Shown piece by piece: positions 46,659 through 60,134 of a DNA stretch of 64,000 bases. The translations under genes were made by a program, and so were the position numbers. This DNA is from Octopus vulgaris (lineage: Eukaryota). The first letter of the stretch is position 1, and each line of letters starts with the position of its first letter. Location: the NCBI GenBank assembly GCA_951406725.2, contig OX597825.1, forward strand, positions 77,376,001-77,440,000, written 5' to 3'. The notes beneath the pieces were generated by a model. That model did not search any database. It saw only the letters and a list, made by a program, of their open reading frames with translations, and was not told where the DNA came from.

Positions 46659-47720
46659 AGTGAATCCATTACCGCCAATACAAACACAACACAAAGATCA
46701 AAATCCAGCATTGACATATTTAAACGGTGACGCAGTGGGTGACAGAATCAGCGTCGATGAAAACGCGTACGACATCGACACCAGCGACAAGAGAAACGAT
46801 ATCAACAACAACAGATACTACAAAATAAGTGGAAAGTTAACAAAACGCTTTTCGTACGTGCTTCGCTCAAAAAAAAATGTTCCCGCTATCCCTTGGAAAA
46901 CAAAAATAGGGAATCGGTCTGAGCCAATAAGTATTAAATTCCAGTGAGAAGAAGACAGCGGTACATATTACTCCTGAAATCATGACGGAATGAGCAAAAG
47001 AAACAATCCATTAAAGATGTGTATCAGAAAAAAGTACATGAGCAGAATCGACCACAATCAGTCACGGGGATAAGGCACTGAGTGATATTATGGAAGACGA
47101 GGCTCACATGCGGAGAGAGAGGCGGTTTGCTAGCATCGAGAGCCTCCTCAGAAGTGAGTCCCTCGCGCGAAAACATTCTGTGACAACCTGGTGGGGTGAG
47201 GAGAGTGTCCTCTGTCCAGCATACTTCTCGAGGAGAACTGTTAGGTTAAGGATATCGAGTATTCTGACTGGCTTGAACATCTGGTGTATCGTGGTCTGTG
47301 TTGTTTTGGAGAACTCAGAGACATCCTACAGTTCTGCCGAAGCAGCAAAGAACTGCTTGGGGATAAACCGAGAGATTCCTCCATGTGAGACCCATGAATA
47401 CCCGTTGAGCACTGGAGTTGACGTAATCGACTCTATCCCCAACCCCAAAATTTCAGGCTTTGTGTCTATAATTGAAAGAATTATTATTTTCAAGAAGGCG
47501 GTCAACTGGCATACTCATTAACACATCAGACAAATAGCATATTGTCGTTTATTTGGTTTTTTCAAGGTCAAAGTGCAAATGCTACCGATGTCGACTTCGC
47601 TTTCATTCTCTCGGGGTCGATAAAATGAATACCCGTTGAGCACTGGAGTTGACGTAATCAACTTATCCTCCCCTCAAAATTGCTCGCTTTGTACCAGGAA
47701 GAATTATCATTATTATTTTG

Positions 47721-47765
47721 TCCACTTTGTCCACTTTGTCCACTTTGTCCACTTTGTCCACTTTG
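47721..47765. repeat. Minisatellite 5 x 9 bp TCCACTTTG
   Basis: Five perfect units read directly. Confidence 0.9.
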
Positions 47766-47832
47766 ACGACGCCCTGGGATCAATGTAATAGACCAGTCCC
47801 CTCCCCTAACTTGTGCCTATAGTAAAAAAGAA

Positions 47833-47898
<66 letters not shown>

Positions 47899-48056
47899 CA
47901 TTATTCTTAGTTCTCCGTGTTCTTAAATTCTGCTGCGGTTCGACTTTGCATTTCATCCTTTCCGGATCGATAAATAAAGTATCAGTTGCGCTCTGGGGTC
48001 AATTTAATAGAACCCATCTGCCCCAAACTTCAGGCCTTATGCCTATAGTAGGAAAG

Positions 48057-48136
<80 letters not shown>

Positions 48137-48630
48137 CATTATTGTTATCACAACGGAATTTCTCAGTAGAGAACATAATTTATTTATTAACTTAGACGAT
48201 GACAACGACGACCACAACCGCAGCCGCAGCCGCCGTCACCTTATACACGTACTTAATGATGTTATGAAGAATATGCTTAATGAAGCGTGACGAGTAGAAA
48301 AAACATTACGCTATTCACCCATCCCGTTATCACAATCAATATTTTGTTTTGTTCTGATATTGTTATTGTTTCTGTAATGCATTGCATTGCTGGGTGATAA
48401 AGAACGCCATTGTATCGATGTGGTTAACCATCTCTGTTTTTAACTGGAGATGAAATATTAAATAGTGAACCGAGGTGCTTAATCCGTAGTACTGATATGA
48501 TCCTTAGACAGGCCGATAGACCGATAGACTGACATACAGATACGTGCTAATATTCTGTGACACACGGCGAAGTTGTACCACCGTTAGAGCGTCAGCTAGG
48601 GCATAACGCAATTGTATTATGGTATTCTGT

Positions 48631-48847
48631 AAGGCGGCGAGCTGGCAGAAACATTAGCACTCCGGGCGAAATGCTTAGCGGTATTTCGTCTGCCGCTACG
48701 TTCTGAGTTCAAATTCCGACGAGGTCGACTTTACCTTTCATCCTTTCATGGTCGATAATTTAAGTACTAGTTGCGTACTGGGGTCGTTCTAATCGACTGG
48801 TCCCCACCACCCCAAAGATTTCGGGCCTTGTACCTAGATTAGAAAAG
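48631..48847 (+). mobile_element. SINE family A with 15-bp TSD
   Basis: ATTATGGTATTCTGT (48616-48630) and ATTATGATATTCTGT (48848-48862). Confidence 0.9.
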
Positions 48848-50762
48848 ATTATGATATTCTGTGCCCCGAGTCCACCTCTTGTGCCGTCGGGGGCCGATGA
48901 ATAAAAATTTTAGTCAAATATTGCGGTCGATGTAATTGGGGGAAGGAGGCAGGTCAATTGCATCGACCCCTGCAATGTACCATTGTCCTCTTCAAGTATC
49001 ATGTTGGGTTACCGGCCTTAGCAGACCTAGGATTTGAGAAAAATAAATCGTATAAGAAGCGTAGATTGTTGGAACTATCAGAATTCCGAACAGCGTACCT
49101 TGCAGTATTTGTACAGATATTCCGCGCCCTGGGTTCAAAATCAGCCATAGTAACATTTGATTTTCCTCCTTTTGGTGTCGATTAAAACGTACGGGCCCCA
49201 TGCGGTGGATTGGTTGTGCTATAAAAGCGTCGAGTAAGAAACTTAACGATATTTCTTTTAACTCTTCGCTTAGTGAGTTCAAATTCGGCCAAGGTCAGTT
49301 TTGACTTTTATCGTTTCGGGGAAGACTAAAAATTACAATACCAGGGTAGAATGGTAACCGGTAAAAGGGTAACAACGTCAGACAAAATCCCTTGCGGTAT
49401 TCATTCCGGCTTTTTGTTTTCGAAGTTTAATTTCTGCCGTTATCAATTTGGTAGATTTAATCTGTCACTTGCTTTAAGATCTCTTAGAGTCTTGGGTATC
49501 TTTAGAACAGAACTGACTCTGTTGCAAGCATCCGACACAAATATCTGGTTTGATATTTCCTTCATCTTAACCTTCATTCCAGCCTTGGTTCCTCTGTAAA
49601 GTGTCGCGACTCCTGCCTTACTTCTTGATTAAAAGAAAATAATACTAACATCCACACATATAGAACTGCGCATGCTTATGCATTAACGCAAAGCGATCGC
49701 GCTCATCTAACGGCGGGCCATATATCTGAATTTTCTCAACCTGCCACAAATTCGCTCTCATTGTATACACCATAATATTGCAAAACATATGTAACTGTCT
49801 GATAGGACTTGCAAGAGAGTATTATCTGGTTATTGTTTTAGATGTGTCCACATTCGGGATCGCCATTCAGTCCAGTTACCTTTAACCAATTGGAGTATGC
49901 AGGGTGTAACAGTCTGGAAGGAACAAGTGAAGGTTGCATCAGCACCTGACTGAAGCCAATTTACATTTGAGTGACCTGGAGCAGCGAGCTATAAAGTATC
50001 TAGCTCAGAGGCAACACGTTGTCCACTTCAGTAATCGAAACCTCTGTTTTGAATCGTGAACAAAACATACTAACTACTAGGCCACGAACCTTCACGGATG
50101 TCAAAACTAACCTGATTAGAGACCTCCTAAAAAAAACGTCTTCTCTTGTCTTCTCTTGTTACTGCTTTTTTTCCTATTTTCTTTTTAATTATTTCTTTTT
50201 ATCTTCTAGATTTACTGAATACATATTATCTGCCTCCATTTTTATAATACCTCATTAATATTCTGACTAATCATTGTCCGTGGTTTATTCACATAGAACG
50301 TCTCCAATATCCCCGATTGTGATATGCCTTTCAAGGTTTTTTTCTGATTGTAAATCCATACAAGGCTTATATATACTTTCGTCCGCTTCATTTGTTCGGA
50401 TCGATTATCGTGCGGTGCGTTTATAAATCCTCATAATGTTATATCTATTACATGGTCAATGAGAATAGAAAAAAAACATCATTGCTATTGAGAAGCCATT
50501 TTCAATGTTTTGGTTGTTTGTTTTTAATTCTATTCATATATCATTTTTATTTATATGACTGTTGTTGTTTTTCTTTTTGTTGTTTAATCTCAAATAATTC
50601 CTGATTGAGCAGATTTAGGATCAAAGACTTTCTAGCCTTGACCGTATTGTCTTTTCAGTAATATGTATTGTTATATACAATGTCTCCTTCCCAGATTGAC
50701 GGTAATATCTATGAAAATTTTAGATGAGATTTCTATCATATTAGCTTCAGGGAGCGTACAAA

Positions 50763-50919
50763 CAAGGAATGGGCAAACTTCTTCAAGAAGCGGGTCCGCA
50801 GGTCCGCATGTGACACGGCTCATTATCAGGCGGATCGCCCTAATGAAACAATTCAGGGTAATTTTTACGTTAGGCGGGCTGTTCAGAAAGTCTCGAGGGC
50901 CACAGTTTGCCCGAGGCTC
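50763..50919. mobile_element. Possible decayed hAT/Charlie-like MITE
   Basis: CAAGGAATGGGCAAAC ... GGGCCACAGTTTGCCCGAGGCTC termini with internal GGGTCCGC/GGCGGGC motifs. Confidence 0.35.
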
Positions 50920-51064
50920 ACTTAAGCTCTAACTCTCTGACAGTGAGTGACAGAAACTGAGGGAATCAGCCAAACAGGTGAGCAGTATACATATACATGT
51001 ATATACATATATGTGCGTATGTGTATATGTACCTGTGTGTCTATGTGTGTATTTATAATTGAGT

Positions 51065-51350
51065 GTCCCAACCGATACGATCAACAGAACAGCTTGCTCG
51101 GGAAATTAACGTGCAAGTGGTTGAACACTTCACAGACACCACGTGTACATTTAACGTAGTTCTCAAGGAGATTCAGCGTGACACAGAGTGTGACAAGGCT
51201 GGCCCTTTGAAATACAGGTACTACTCATTTTTGCCAGCTGAGTGGACTGGAGCAACGTGAAATAAAGTGTCTTGCTCAAAGACACAATGCGTCCCCAAGA
51301 ATCGAACTCACGACCTTCCGATTGTGAGCCGAATGCCCTAACCACTAAGC
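51065..51350 (-). mobile_element. tRNA-derived SINE family C
   Basis: Minus strand GCTTAGTGGTTAGGGCATTCGGCTCAC..GAGTTCGATTC..TTTGAGCAAGACACTTTATTTCACGTTGCTCCAGTCCACTCAGC; homologous to 63154-63450. Confidence 0.8.
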
Positions 51351-52165
51351 AATATATCAGCAAACACCTATATACAGAGTGTAGCAAAACACTTCTCATA
51401 TATCAAAGGTTGACACAAATATTTTCAATATATATGTACTCTTTGCAGAAACGAAGACTATAATGATAAAAACGGAAACAACTATAGGACACTCGCTACA
51501 TGAAGTGCCAATGATAATCTCCCTAACGTCCGTAATCACTTACCAATGCCCGCATAAAATACGGGAGATCTTTCCGCCGCAACCTGTACTTGCATGTATT
51601 AGCACTCACACAAATGTATGTATGTTATGAGCTTGTTTGCGTCTTCTCTATGTACGCATGTTTATTTATAGTTCTAGTATGTTTGTTTATGAAAGAACGT
51701 TTGTAAAACACTTCAGATAATGACTTGATTGCAAAACATCAGTCGCATTTCCAAAGTTGACCTCAAGAGCAGGAAATAACAGCAATTTATTCGAGCGCCA
51801 GATTGTCTCAGTAGGAAATAGAACTAGGAATATCCTGTGGCATCCTTATATTGCGTATATAGCTAAATGCACCAAAGCTTCCTTAATCTCTATATAGATT
51901 CATTGCCTAAACGTGTATAATGGAGGTTTAAATCGTATGTAATAAAGGCTCACTCTTTATTAATGGAAGCTCAGTGAACGCACTTGGCACACATGATCAT
52001 AAGCTCCTGGGTTCGATTCTTGGGTCGGCTGGGAGCACGTTGTATTTTTCAGTGGGGCGCTTCATTTCACGTTCTTCCATTCTTCTTAATCGAAAATATG
52101 TACTTGCCTACTACTGGTGCAGGCCACTCTCTCTCTCTCTCCCTCTCTTTTTCTCTCTTTCACTT

Positions 52166-52211
<46 letters not shown>

Positions 52212-53063
52212 CACTTTCGATGTTCTGCTGTGTCTGTCGCAGGATTACACCACGAGGCTCCGGCGAGGGGTGGTGGTGAACCCCGCCGTACTCTTTCACC
52301 ACAACTTTCTCTCACTCTTTCTTCCTACTCCTGCCACAAAGCAGAGGACCCATGGTGTAACCCACTATGGTGCGGTAAACTTTCAGACCCTAGTCTAGAT
52401 TGCGAATCATCTGTACCCCCAGGATGGTTCAGCTCTCCACCCGTAAAAGCCACCGTTTACGGAATGAGGATGACAACGTAGCTTTCGCGCCCGTGCAACC
52501 GCCAGTCATGCGTGGAAGGAGTGTAAGCAACAACTTCAGTATAATCAACGACCTGAGTGTATCTGGGCATCTTTAAAGCGTGGAAACAAAACGCAGGTGT
52601 GGGACACACCATTCCATGGTCGATTCTTATCTTTGTGACGTTATGTGGAAAAAGAGATATGAGAAAGATAGTTTACATTATAAAATCCTAGAGTGTCTTG
52701 CAAACTTTCATTCTTGAGTTTTATAACCAATAAATGTCTGTTTTAAGCAATGTTTTGACTGTTATTTCTAGCAACTCCGGTTGGTTTGTTCGTAGCATTT
52801 AAATATTTAATTTTAATGTTTTTCACTGTTTCCTGGAGCTAGTTTAAAGATTTAGCATGCCGGTGCCCTCCCCCTTTCTCGCTACTGTGACAGATGATGG
52901 AAGAGGCAGTGAACGAGCTCTGTTCTGATTGGCTGAAAATTCTGAAAATTATCAAAACCTTGAACACCTGTAACATTTTCGCAAAATTTTTCTGGAATGA
53001 ATGAATTACAAATTCAGCATGAAAGATAACACCTAAATGATACGTAAATATTTTCTTTTAAGA

Positions 53064-53420
53064 AGTGGCTGTGTGCTTTCCAACCACATGGTTCCGGATT
53101 CAGTCCCACTGCGTGGCACCTTGGGAAGGTGTCTTCAACTATAACCTCGGGCCGGCCAAAACCTTGTGAGTGGATTAGGTAGACGGAAACTGAAAGAAGC
53201 CCGTCGTATATATGTATGTGAATATATATATATATGTGTGTGTGTTTGTGTGTCTGTCTTTGTCCCCCCCACCCAACATGGCTTGACAACCGGCAAAATA
53301 GACCGATAGAATAAGTAAGCTAGGCTTACAAAGAGTAAGTCCTGGGGGCGATTTGCTCGACTAAAGGCGGTGCTCCAGCATGGCCACAGTCAAGTGACTG
53401 AACAAGTAATAGTGTAAAGA
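53064..53420 (+). mobile_element. SINE family B
   Basis: Same modules with internal deletions. Confidence 0.85.
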
Positions 53421-53767
53421 GTATGCACAAACGATAACCACAAAGATCCGGTAAAAGCGTTTTGGTTGCATCTGGCTTCGATGGAGTTCTTTCATTGTAG
53501 GAAATAATTTTAGACAACACGTGTTGATTACTTGTCAGTTTGTCGTCTTCAATTAACAGGCCTTACTTTCAAAACATCCAACACCAGATTTGCTTGTTAT
53601 TTGACATTGTGTCATTCTTTCCAATAAGAAACTCATCGTTCATTCTTAGCACAATCCTCTCATTAGTTAGTGCCTGGTGGCAATGATAGCAAATCAATTA
53701 ATCCTTTTGTTATGGAGTCAGCAACAATGAAATGAGAACCATATGACTAGGAAAAACAAAAGCAACG

Positions 53768-53848
<81 letters not shown>

Positions 53849-53906
53849 TTAATAATAATGATAATAATAATAATAATAATAATAATCTTTTCTACTATTA
53901 CGTTTT

Positions 53907-54130
53907 TCTGTCTTTGTTTGTCCCCTCTGTGTTTAGCCCCTTGTGGGTAGTAAAGAAATAGCTATTTCGTCCGCCGTTACGTTCTGAGTTCAAATTCCGC
54001 CGAGGTCGACTTTGCGTTTCATCCTTTCGGGGTCGATTAAATAAGTACCAGTTACGCACTGGGGTCGATATAATCTACTTAATCCGTTTGTCCTCTCTGT
54101 GTTTAGCCCCTTGTGGGTAGTAAAGAAATA
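53907..54130 (+). mobile_element. Headless SINE family A multimer fragment
   Basis: Tail-B-box-core-tail arrangement 280 bp upstream of the M4 exon. Confidence 0.8.
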
Positions 54131-54409
54131 TATACTGTGATGCCGTCGATGACTCAGTAGAAAAATGCCTTCATAGAAGAGGCAATAGCATTGGTGTAGG
54201 ACGCGGTTAATCTTATCAAGCATTTTTTCTCCTATAAACATAAAGTAGATTTTAAAGGTTTAAAAGCCATGATGAAAGAAGTAAATCGACAATAAGAGAA
54301 AGAGAATACACCACCAGAAAATAAACATGAAAGAACGCAACAAAGAAAGATGGGGATAAATTTATGTTAATTAAATATGAATAATTATATCACCTTCGTT
54401 TACTTTCAG

Positions 54410-54592
54410 ATTCAAGAAGACTGGAAATACGTTGCCATGGTTCTGGATCGTCTGTTCCTCTGGATTTTCACAACCGCCTGTGTGGTCGGCACCTTCGGCA
54501 TCATCTTACAAGCCCCTACCCTCTACGATAACCGCGAACCCCTGCAACTTGTGGATCCGTTGGATAACTGTTACAGTAGTTATACGTCATGA
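54410..54592 (+). CDS. Nicotinic acetylcholine receptor alpha subunit, terminal exon (M4 and C-terminus)
   Basis: TACTTTCAG acceptor ends at 54409, phase 0, matching the donor at 23917. Encodes [40 protein letters not shown]...SYTS then TGA, a canonical nAChR M4 exon. Confidence 0.94.
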   Translation: MQEDWKYVAMVLDRLFLWIFTTACVVGTFGIILQAPTLYDNREPLQLVDPLDNCYSSYTS

Positions 54593-54633
54593 AATATTTT
54601 TCTGTCTTTCTTTCCTCCTTTCCTTCTTCTTCT

Positions 54634-54691
<58 letters not shown>

Positions 54692-54939
54692 TTATATATA
54701 TATATATTTAAATATATATATATTTATATACATAAATGTATACATGTGTATAAATACATATATATATAGATATGTATGTATATGTCTTAATATGTATATA
54801 AATTACAATAACAACATCAAATATTATAAGAATGGCTGTCTACGTTAGGGCGTATTCGTCGTAACATATATTTTAATCTATAAGCATCAATATGATTTGG
54901 TGCTGTACCTATTTAAAAATAATTTTCCATAAACACAAC

Positions 54940-55006
<67 letters not shown>

Positions 55007-55077
55007 AAACCTACGTATATACATGTATATATATATATATACATACATATATCTATCTATCTATCTATCTATCTATT

Positions 55078-55126
<49 letters not shown>

Positions 55127-55128
<2 letters not shown>

Positions 55129-55189
55129 CATAACATTCCACTGCAACATTCTACAGAGAACAAGGACCAATTAATAAAATTACTAATGT

Positions 55190-55255
<66 letters not shown>

Positions 55256-55310
55256 TAACATTCCACAGCAACATTCTACAGAGAACAAGGACCAATTAAT
55301 AAAATTACTA
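55127..55310 (+). repeat. 59-bp direct duplication separated by (TA)n
   Basis: 55127-55185 and 55252-55310 differ at one base. Confidence 0.9.
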
Positions 55311-55649
55311 TATAATTTATTAATAATAAAATTATTAGAAAATGACATTGCGGTATTTAAGATTTAGAATACGTTACTATTAATATACTCGGAATAGTGT
55401 ATCATTTACATATAACTATAGTGAAGTATTTGTCTGCACCTGTTCTGATATTATACACGTGCACACATGGATGCTTATCTGAATTAATATTTACAGCATA
55501 TTATTTCCTGTAACGAACGTAATGGCAAATAAATCACGTAAAACATAACTATACATAGATACATGCATGCATACATATACACATACATGCTTACATACAT
55601 ACATACGTACTTACGTACATGTGTGTGTGTGTGTGTGTGTGTATGTGTT

Positions 55650-56938
55650 TAGGAAAATTCGTTTTGGTGGTTGAAAATTCAACTGGGTCTTAAAACTTTT
55701 TGTGATATATATATTAAAAGTTCTAAACTGGTTACAACATTTTTCTTTTTTCTTTTTCTATGCTAAAAAAAGAAAATAGATTAGGAGAGGTAAACAGGAA
55801 AATTGGGGAAAGCAAGCTTAAAAGATCAAATGTTCATACAAATTCCAATTGTCAATACGTTTCACAGAGATAGATAGAAATACAAGTTCAAAAGTTCGAT
55901 GGATTGCATAGCAGTCGTACATGATAGACGCTCAGTATGATTGAGTTATAGTAATAATTAGATACGATTAAAGTTTTAAAAGAGTAAGACAAGAAGAAAT
56001 GAAAGAAAGAGTTGGGTTTTTTTTTTATTAAATTCCTGTTGTAGTTCATCAGGGAGGATTCCTCATCGTTGGTTTTGTTAATGAGAAATTGAACTGTTTT
56101 AAGCTAAAATTTCTTTGTATATGTAGGAATTAAAGGTAAACGTTGAAGTTGTGATTGGTTGTAAATTTGTGTCTTGTTTTTGTCCATTTACTATTTTGTC
56201 TGGCTGCCTGTCTGAATATGTCTCTTGTCTTTTGGATGGTCTCGTCACATATTTTGGTTTAGAAGAAATGCAGGGCTTTGATTGGTTGACTTCCTGTTGA
56301 TGTCATTTGTTTGTCGTCAGTTTTGATCACTTGTTTTTGACCAGTACTCCCATTGATTGATTTTCTACATACGCCATTTGTTTTTTGTCAAATGTCTTGG
56401 TAACTTGTTGTTGTCTGACGATCGTGCACCGTTCCAGTGGGTTGATTTCCTTAAGAAGCCACTAGTTTAGAACAATCCAATGTATATTTGTTATTTCTTG
56501 AGGGTCCAGAATTAATCTAACAGGTTAAGCATAGGGTCTCGCCAGCAACTACTGTCTGAGAAGCTGTAAGGCGTCATTGTACACGAGTACGGAGTTTAGG
56601 TTTCCAATCCCGGAGACAGGCAAGTCTCGTAAACATTTGATTCATGTTTGTTGCTTCTAGCCGTTTTGGCTTGAATAAATTGAGTTTTCTCATTCCGGTG
56701 TGTTGTTATAGGGAAAAAAAATAAACATTGAGCTGACAAAAGCATGTTTTCCCGAATTTTCCCTTCTGTTTAAGATCTCGCCTAAACTTTTTCCTATTGG
56801 CATTGAAAAACAAAGAATTCACTAAATTGGTTTGGTATTTTAATAAGTCTGTCGCAAAATTTAAAAACTACAACACGTTTTAAGACTCAGTTGCATTATC
56901 ATCCCCACCCAATACCAACTATCACATATTCTTTCCTA
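55650..56938. mobile_element. ~1.3-kb non-autonomous DNA element with long imperfect terminal inverted repeats
   Basis: CAACTGGGTCTTAAAAC (55680) versus GTTTTAAGACTCAGTTG (56877), and ATGCT..TTAGGAGAG..TAAACAG..GAAAATTGGGGAAAGCAAGCT (55760-55818) versus its near reverse complement at 56740-56803; no intact ORF inside. Confidence 0.55.
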
Positions 56939-57062
56939 CATAGAACTGAAAATTAGTTTTTCCATATATATGTATATATAGGCAACTAGATAGAGTGCCA
57001 AATTATCAAATAGATATTGTAGATACGGATATTAATATCCATATATTTCTCACATATATGTA

Positions 57063-57099
<37 letters not shown>

Positions 57100-57421
57100 T
57101 AAGATAGCTAGTCAGATAGTTATGGATAATTAGTTTCATAGATATATGGTTATACATATATATATTTCTATATATATGTAATTATATGTACGTGTATATT
57201 TATATTATCGAGCTTATGAACGAAACTACTGATACAAGGAATTAAATTCCAAGATAGTAATTAATATGGATATATATTACAGCTTATTTTATCGTAGAAA
57301 ATTGTGTACGACATTATATGTATTCGCCAAAAATTCCAAATTATTTAGCATTAATATGCACAATTAAGCCGATATAATGCCTTTCATATTCATATCGCAC
57401 ACATATATCCACACAAATATA

Positions 57422-57812
57422 ATGGAAGATAGAAGATACGAGAATCTGTAATGATTACTACAATCGCTTCGACCCATCTAGCCTCATTTTGTATTTGTAT
57501 CTTTTTGTAACATATTTTGATTGATATTGTTATTGATCTTCTATAACACTGAAGGAGTGTTCTTTCAATTTCTTGCAATTTCTAAGTTTTAAGACAGAGT
57601 AGAAAACATGCAGTAACAAGTTTTTCGAAACAGAGTTTATTTGAACGTTATGCATATTGAAATCATCTGAAGAGACACATCTACACCGAGTGACACAACC
57701 AGTCCAGTTGTACATTATCTCGGCCGCGAGGGATCGATACGAGACGGGTCGAAGCGATTGTAGTGATTGATAAAGATCCTCGTAACTTCCATCTTCCATC
57801 CCTCTCATTAGT
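57422..57812. mobile_element. Element with ~60-bp inverted repeats enclosing the hammerhead (Penelope-like inverted pLTR arrangement)
   Basis: 57422-57481 ATGGAAGATAGAAGATACGAG...ACTACAATCGCTTCGACCCATCTAG is a near reverse complement of 57740-57799; the right end abuts (TA)n. Confidence 0.65.
57661..57768 (+). ncRNA. Type I hammerhead ribozyme-like motif (extended loop II, A15.1G variant)
   Basis: Stem I AATCAT/GTGATT; core CTGAAGA (57667-57673); stem II GACACATCT/AGACGGGTC; GAAG; quasi-palindromic stem III GCGATTGT; GUA cleavage triplet at 57760-57762. Confidence 0.65.
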
Positions 57813-58036
57813 TATATATATATACATATATATATAAATGCATATATTCACAAATATATACATATATATACATCTGTGTGTGTCCATGTAGATATACTGA
57901 GATATATATATACAGATACATGCACATATATATGCGTATATATATATATATACACATGTATGTATGTATATATATATAGATAGATATATGTATCTATACA
58001 TATATACATATGTATATATATGCATATATATATAAT

Positions 58037-58108
<72 letters not shown>

Positions 58109-58331
58109 CATATATACATAATACAAATGATTATAGTTACTTTGATTCAATACTTAATTTATTGACATCCGTATACATATAGGTATAAAATATATATGAA
58201 CCAATCCACGCGCGCACATACATGCACACACACACGCATGCACAAACGGTCGCACAAACGCGAGAGCACATATATACATATATTTATATACATAATATAT
58301 GTATATATATATATATATACATACATACATT

Positions 58332-58415
<84 letters not shown>

Positions 58416-58545
58416 CATGCCGACACATATACATGTATTCCTAGAGAATCATATGCAAATATTTTTATATGTATATACACATGCAAATATATATATATAT
58501 ATACATATATATATGCTTGCATGCGTGTATGCATTTATGTGAATA

Positions 58546-58588
<43 letters not shown>

Positions 58589-58608
58589 TTATCTATATAT
58601 ATATATAC

Positions 58609-58665
<57 letters not shown>

Positions 58666-60103
58666 TATATATGTATATATGCTGACGTCGGTATGCTGGT
58701 ACTTATTGGTACTTATAGCTAGCTGGGCAACCTCGAAAAGTAGGAGAATAATGCATACGATTATTTCGTAGGCAACGCTTATAATATTTGATTGCTTTGA
58801 AAAATGGAAGGATCACTTGATCCTTTCCATAGCATTTGACACGTTCCATGAAGGACCAATATGTTCCTATATCAAAAATCAAATTTTCGAACAAATTTCC
58901 AATCCAATTTCTCCAATATTTTCATACGAACCAAAATACTTCATTCCCCAGCAAAATGATTTTTTTAAAGATAATATAATAATATATATGAATATATAAA
59001 TGTTAATTGAAATTTTTCCCTGTCAAATTATGATTGTATCACAAATATATTTAAAGAGCGTGAAAATGTTAAACAAGAATATTAACAACATTCCATAGTA
59101 AAAATCCAACAAAATTTTAAAGCAAAATAGACCTGACTTTATTTATTTATTTATTTACTTATTTATATATTATGCGCTTTTCAACATAAACTCTTTTAGG
59201 AAATTAATCTTGAATTATTAATATAAAATATTAAATTAAAATCTATGGCAAAACACATTAACAAAAAGAAAAAATAAATATAAATTATGGAAATGATGTT
59301 TTTAATTTCAAATTCTAAGAATGTAACTAATTCTACTTTATTCGATAGTAATGCGAACGATTCCCAATTGAGTGATAATAATTAGCTATTAATTATCTGA
59401 TGACTGAGCATTGATCGACATAATTAATATTTCTTTTATATTCTTCTTATTTAAAAAATAATTACTTACGTCACAAGCAATGCCCGGATGAAGAAAGACT
59501 TCATATTTTGATGATTCAACAATGATTAGAAGAAAAAGAGATAACTTCTGTATTTTCCGGGAAAGAATATGAATTTTTCTGAGCAAAATATACAGTCAAA
59601 TGCTGTATGTTTTGGTCAGAAAATAAATAGCTTTTGGCTGTATATTCCGTATGAGATGCAGCAGGATCTATAAATTTACTGATGATGTTTCTATGGTTAC
59701 ACTACATAGTTCTACAGAATACTTCGTCAACTTGCATGCAAAAAATTTGGTAGTTTTCAAGCCAATGAAGGAAAGAATAATATGGAATGGTAATGAGCGG
59801 ATTATAGGCTGATCTATGTATAAAGAGCTACCAAAATCGAGCCTGTTAATAATTTCCTCAGTATATACCCGACATGTTAAAATAGTACCCAGGTATTTTT
59901 TAGACCACACTCCCTCTCATAATTTCGACATCGTGCCGAAGAACGACACATGGTGTATGAATTAGTTGAAGACCGCTGCTGGATTGTCAGAGTTTTTTTC
60001 TGAGATTACGTGAAGCATTTCTTACAAGCTTCGTTTATGCGAACTTTTATGAATCAACACTTTGTCGTCTGTAATCAATTTATAGGTGCTTAAAAGAGAG
60101 AAT

Positions 60104-60134
<31 letters not shown>

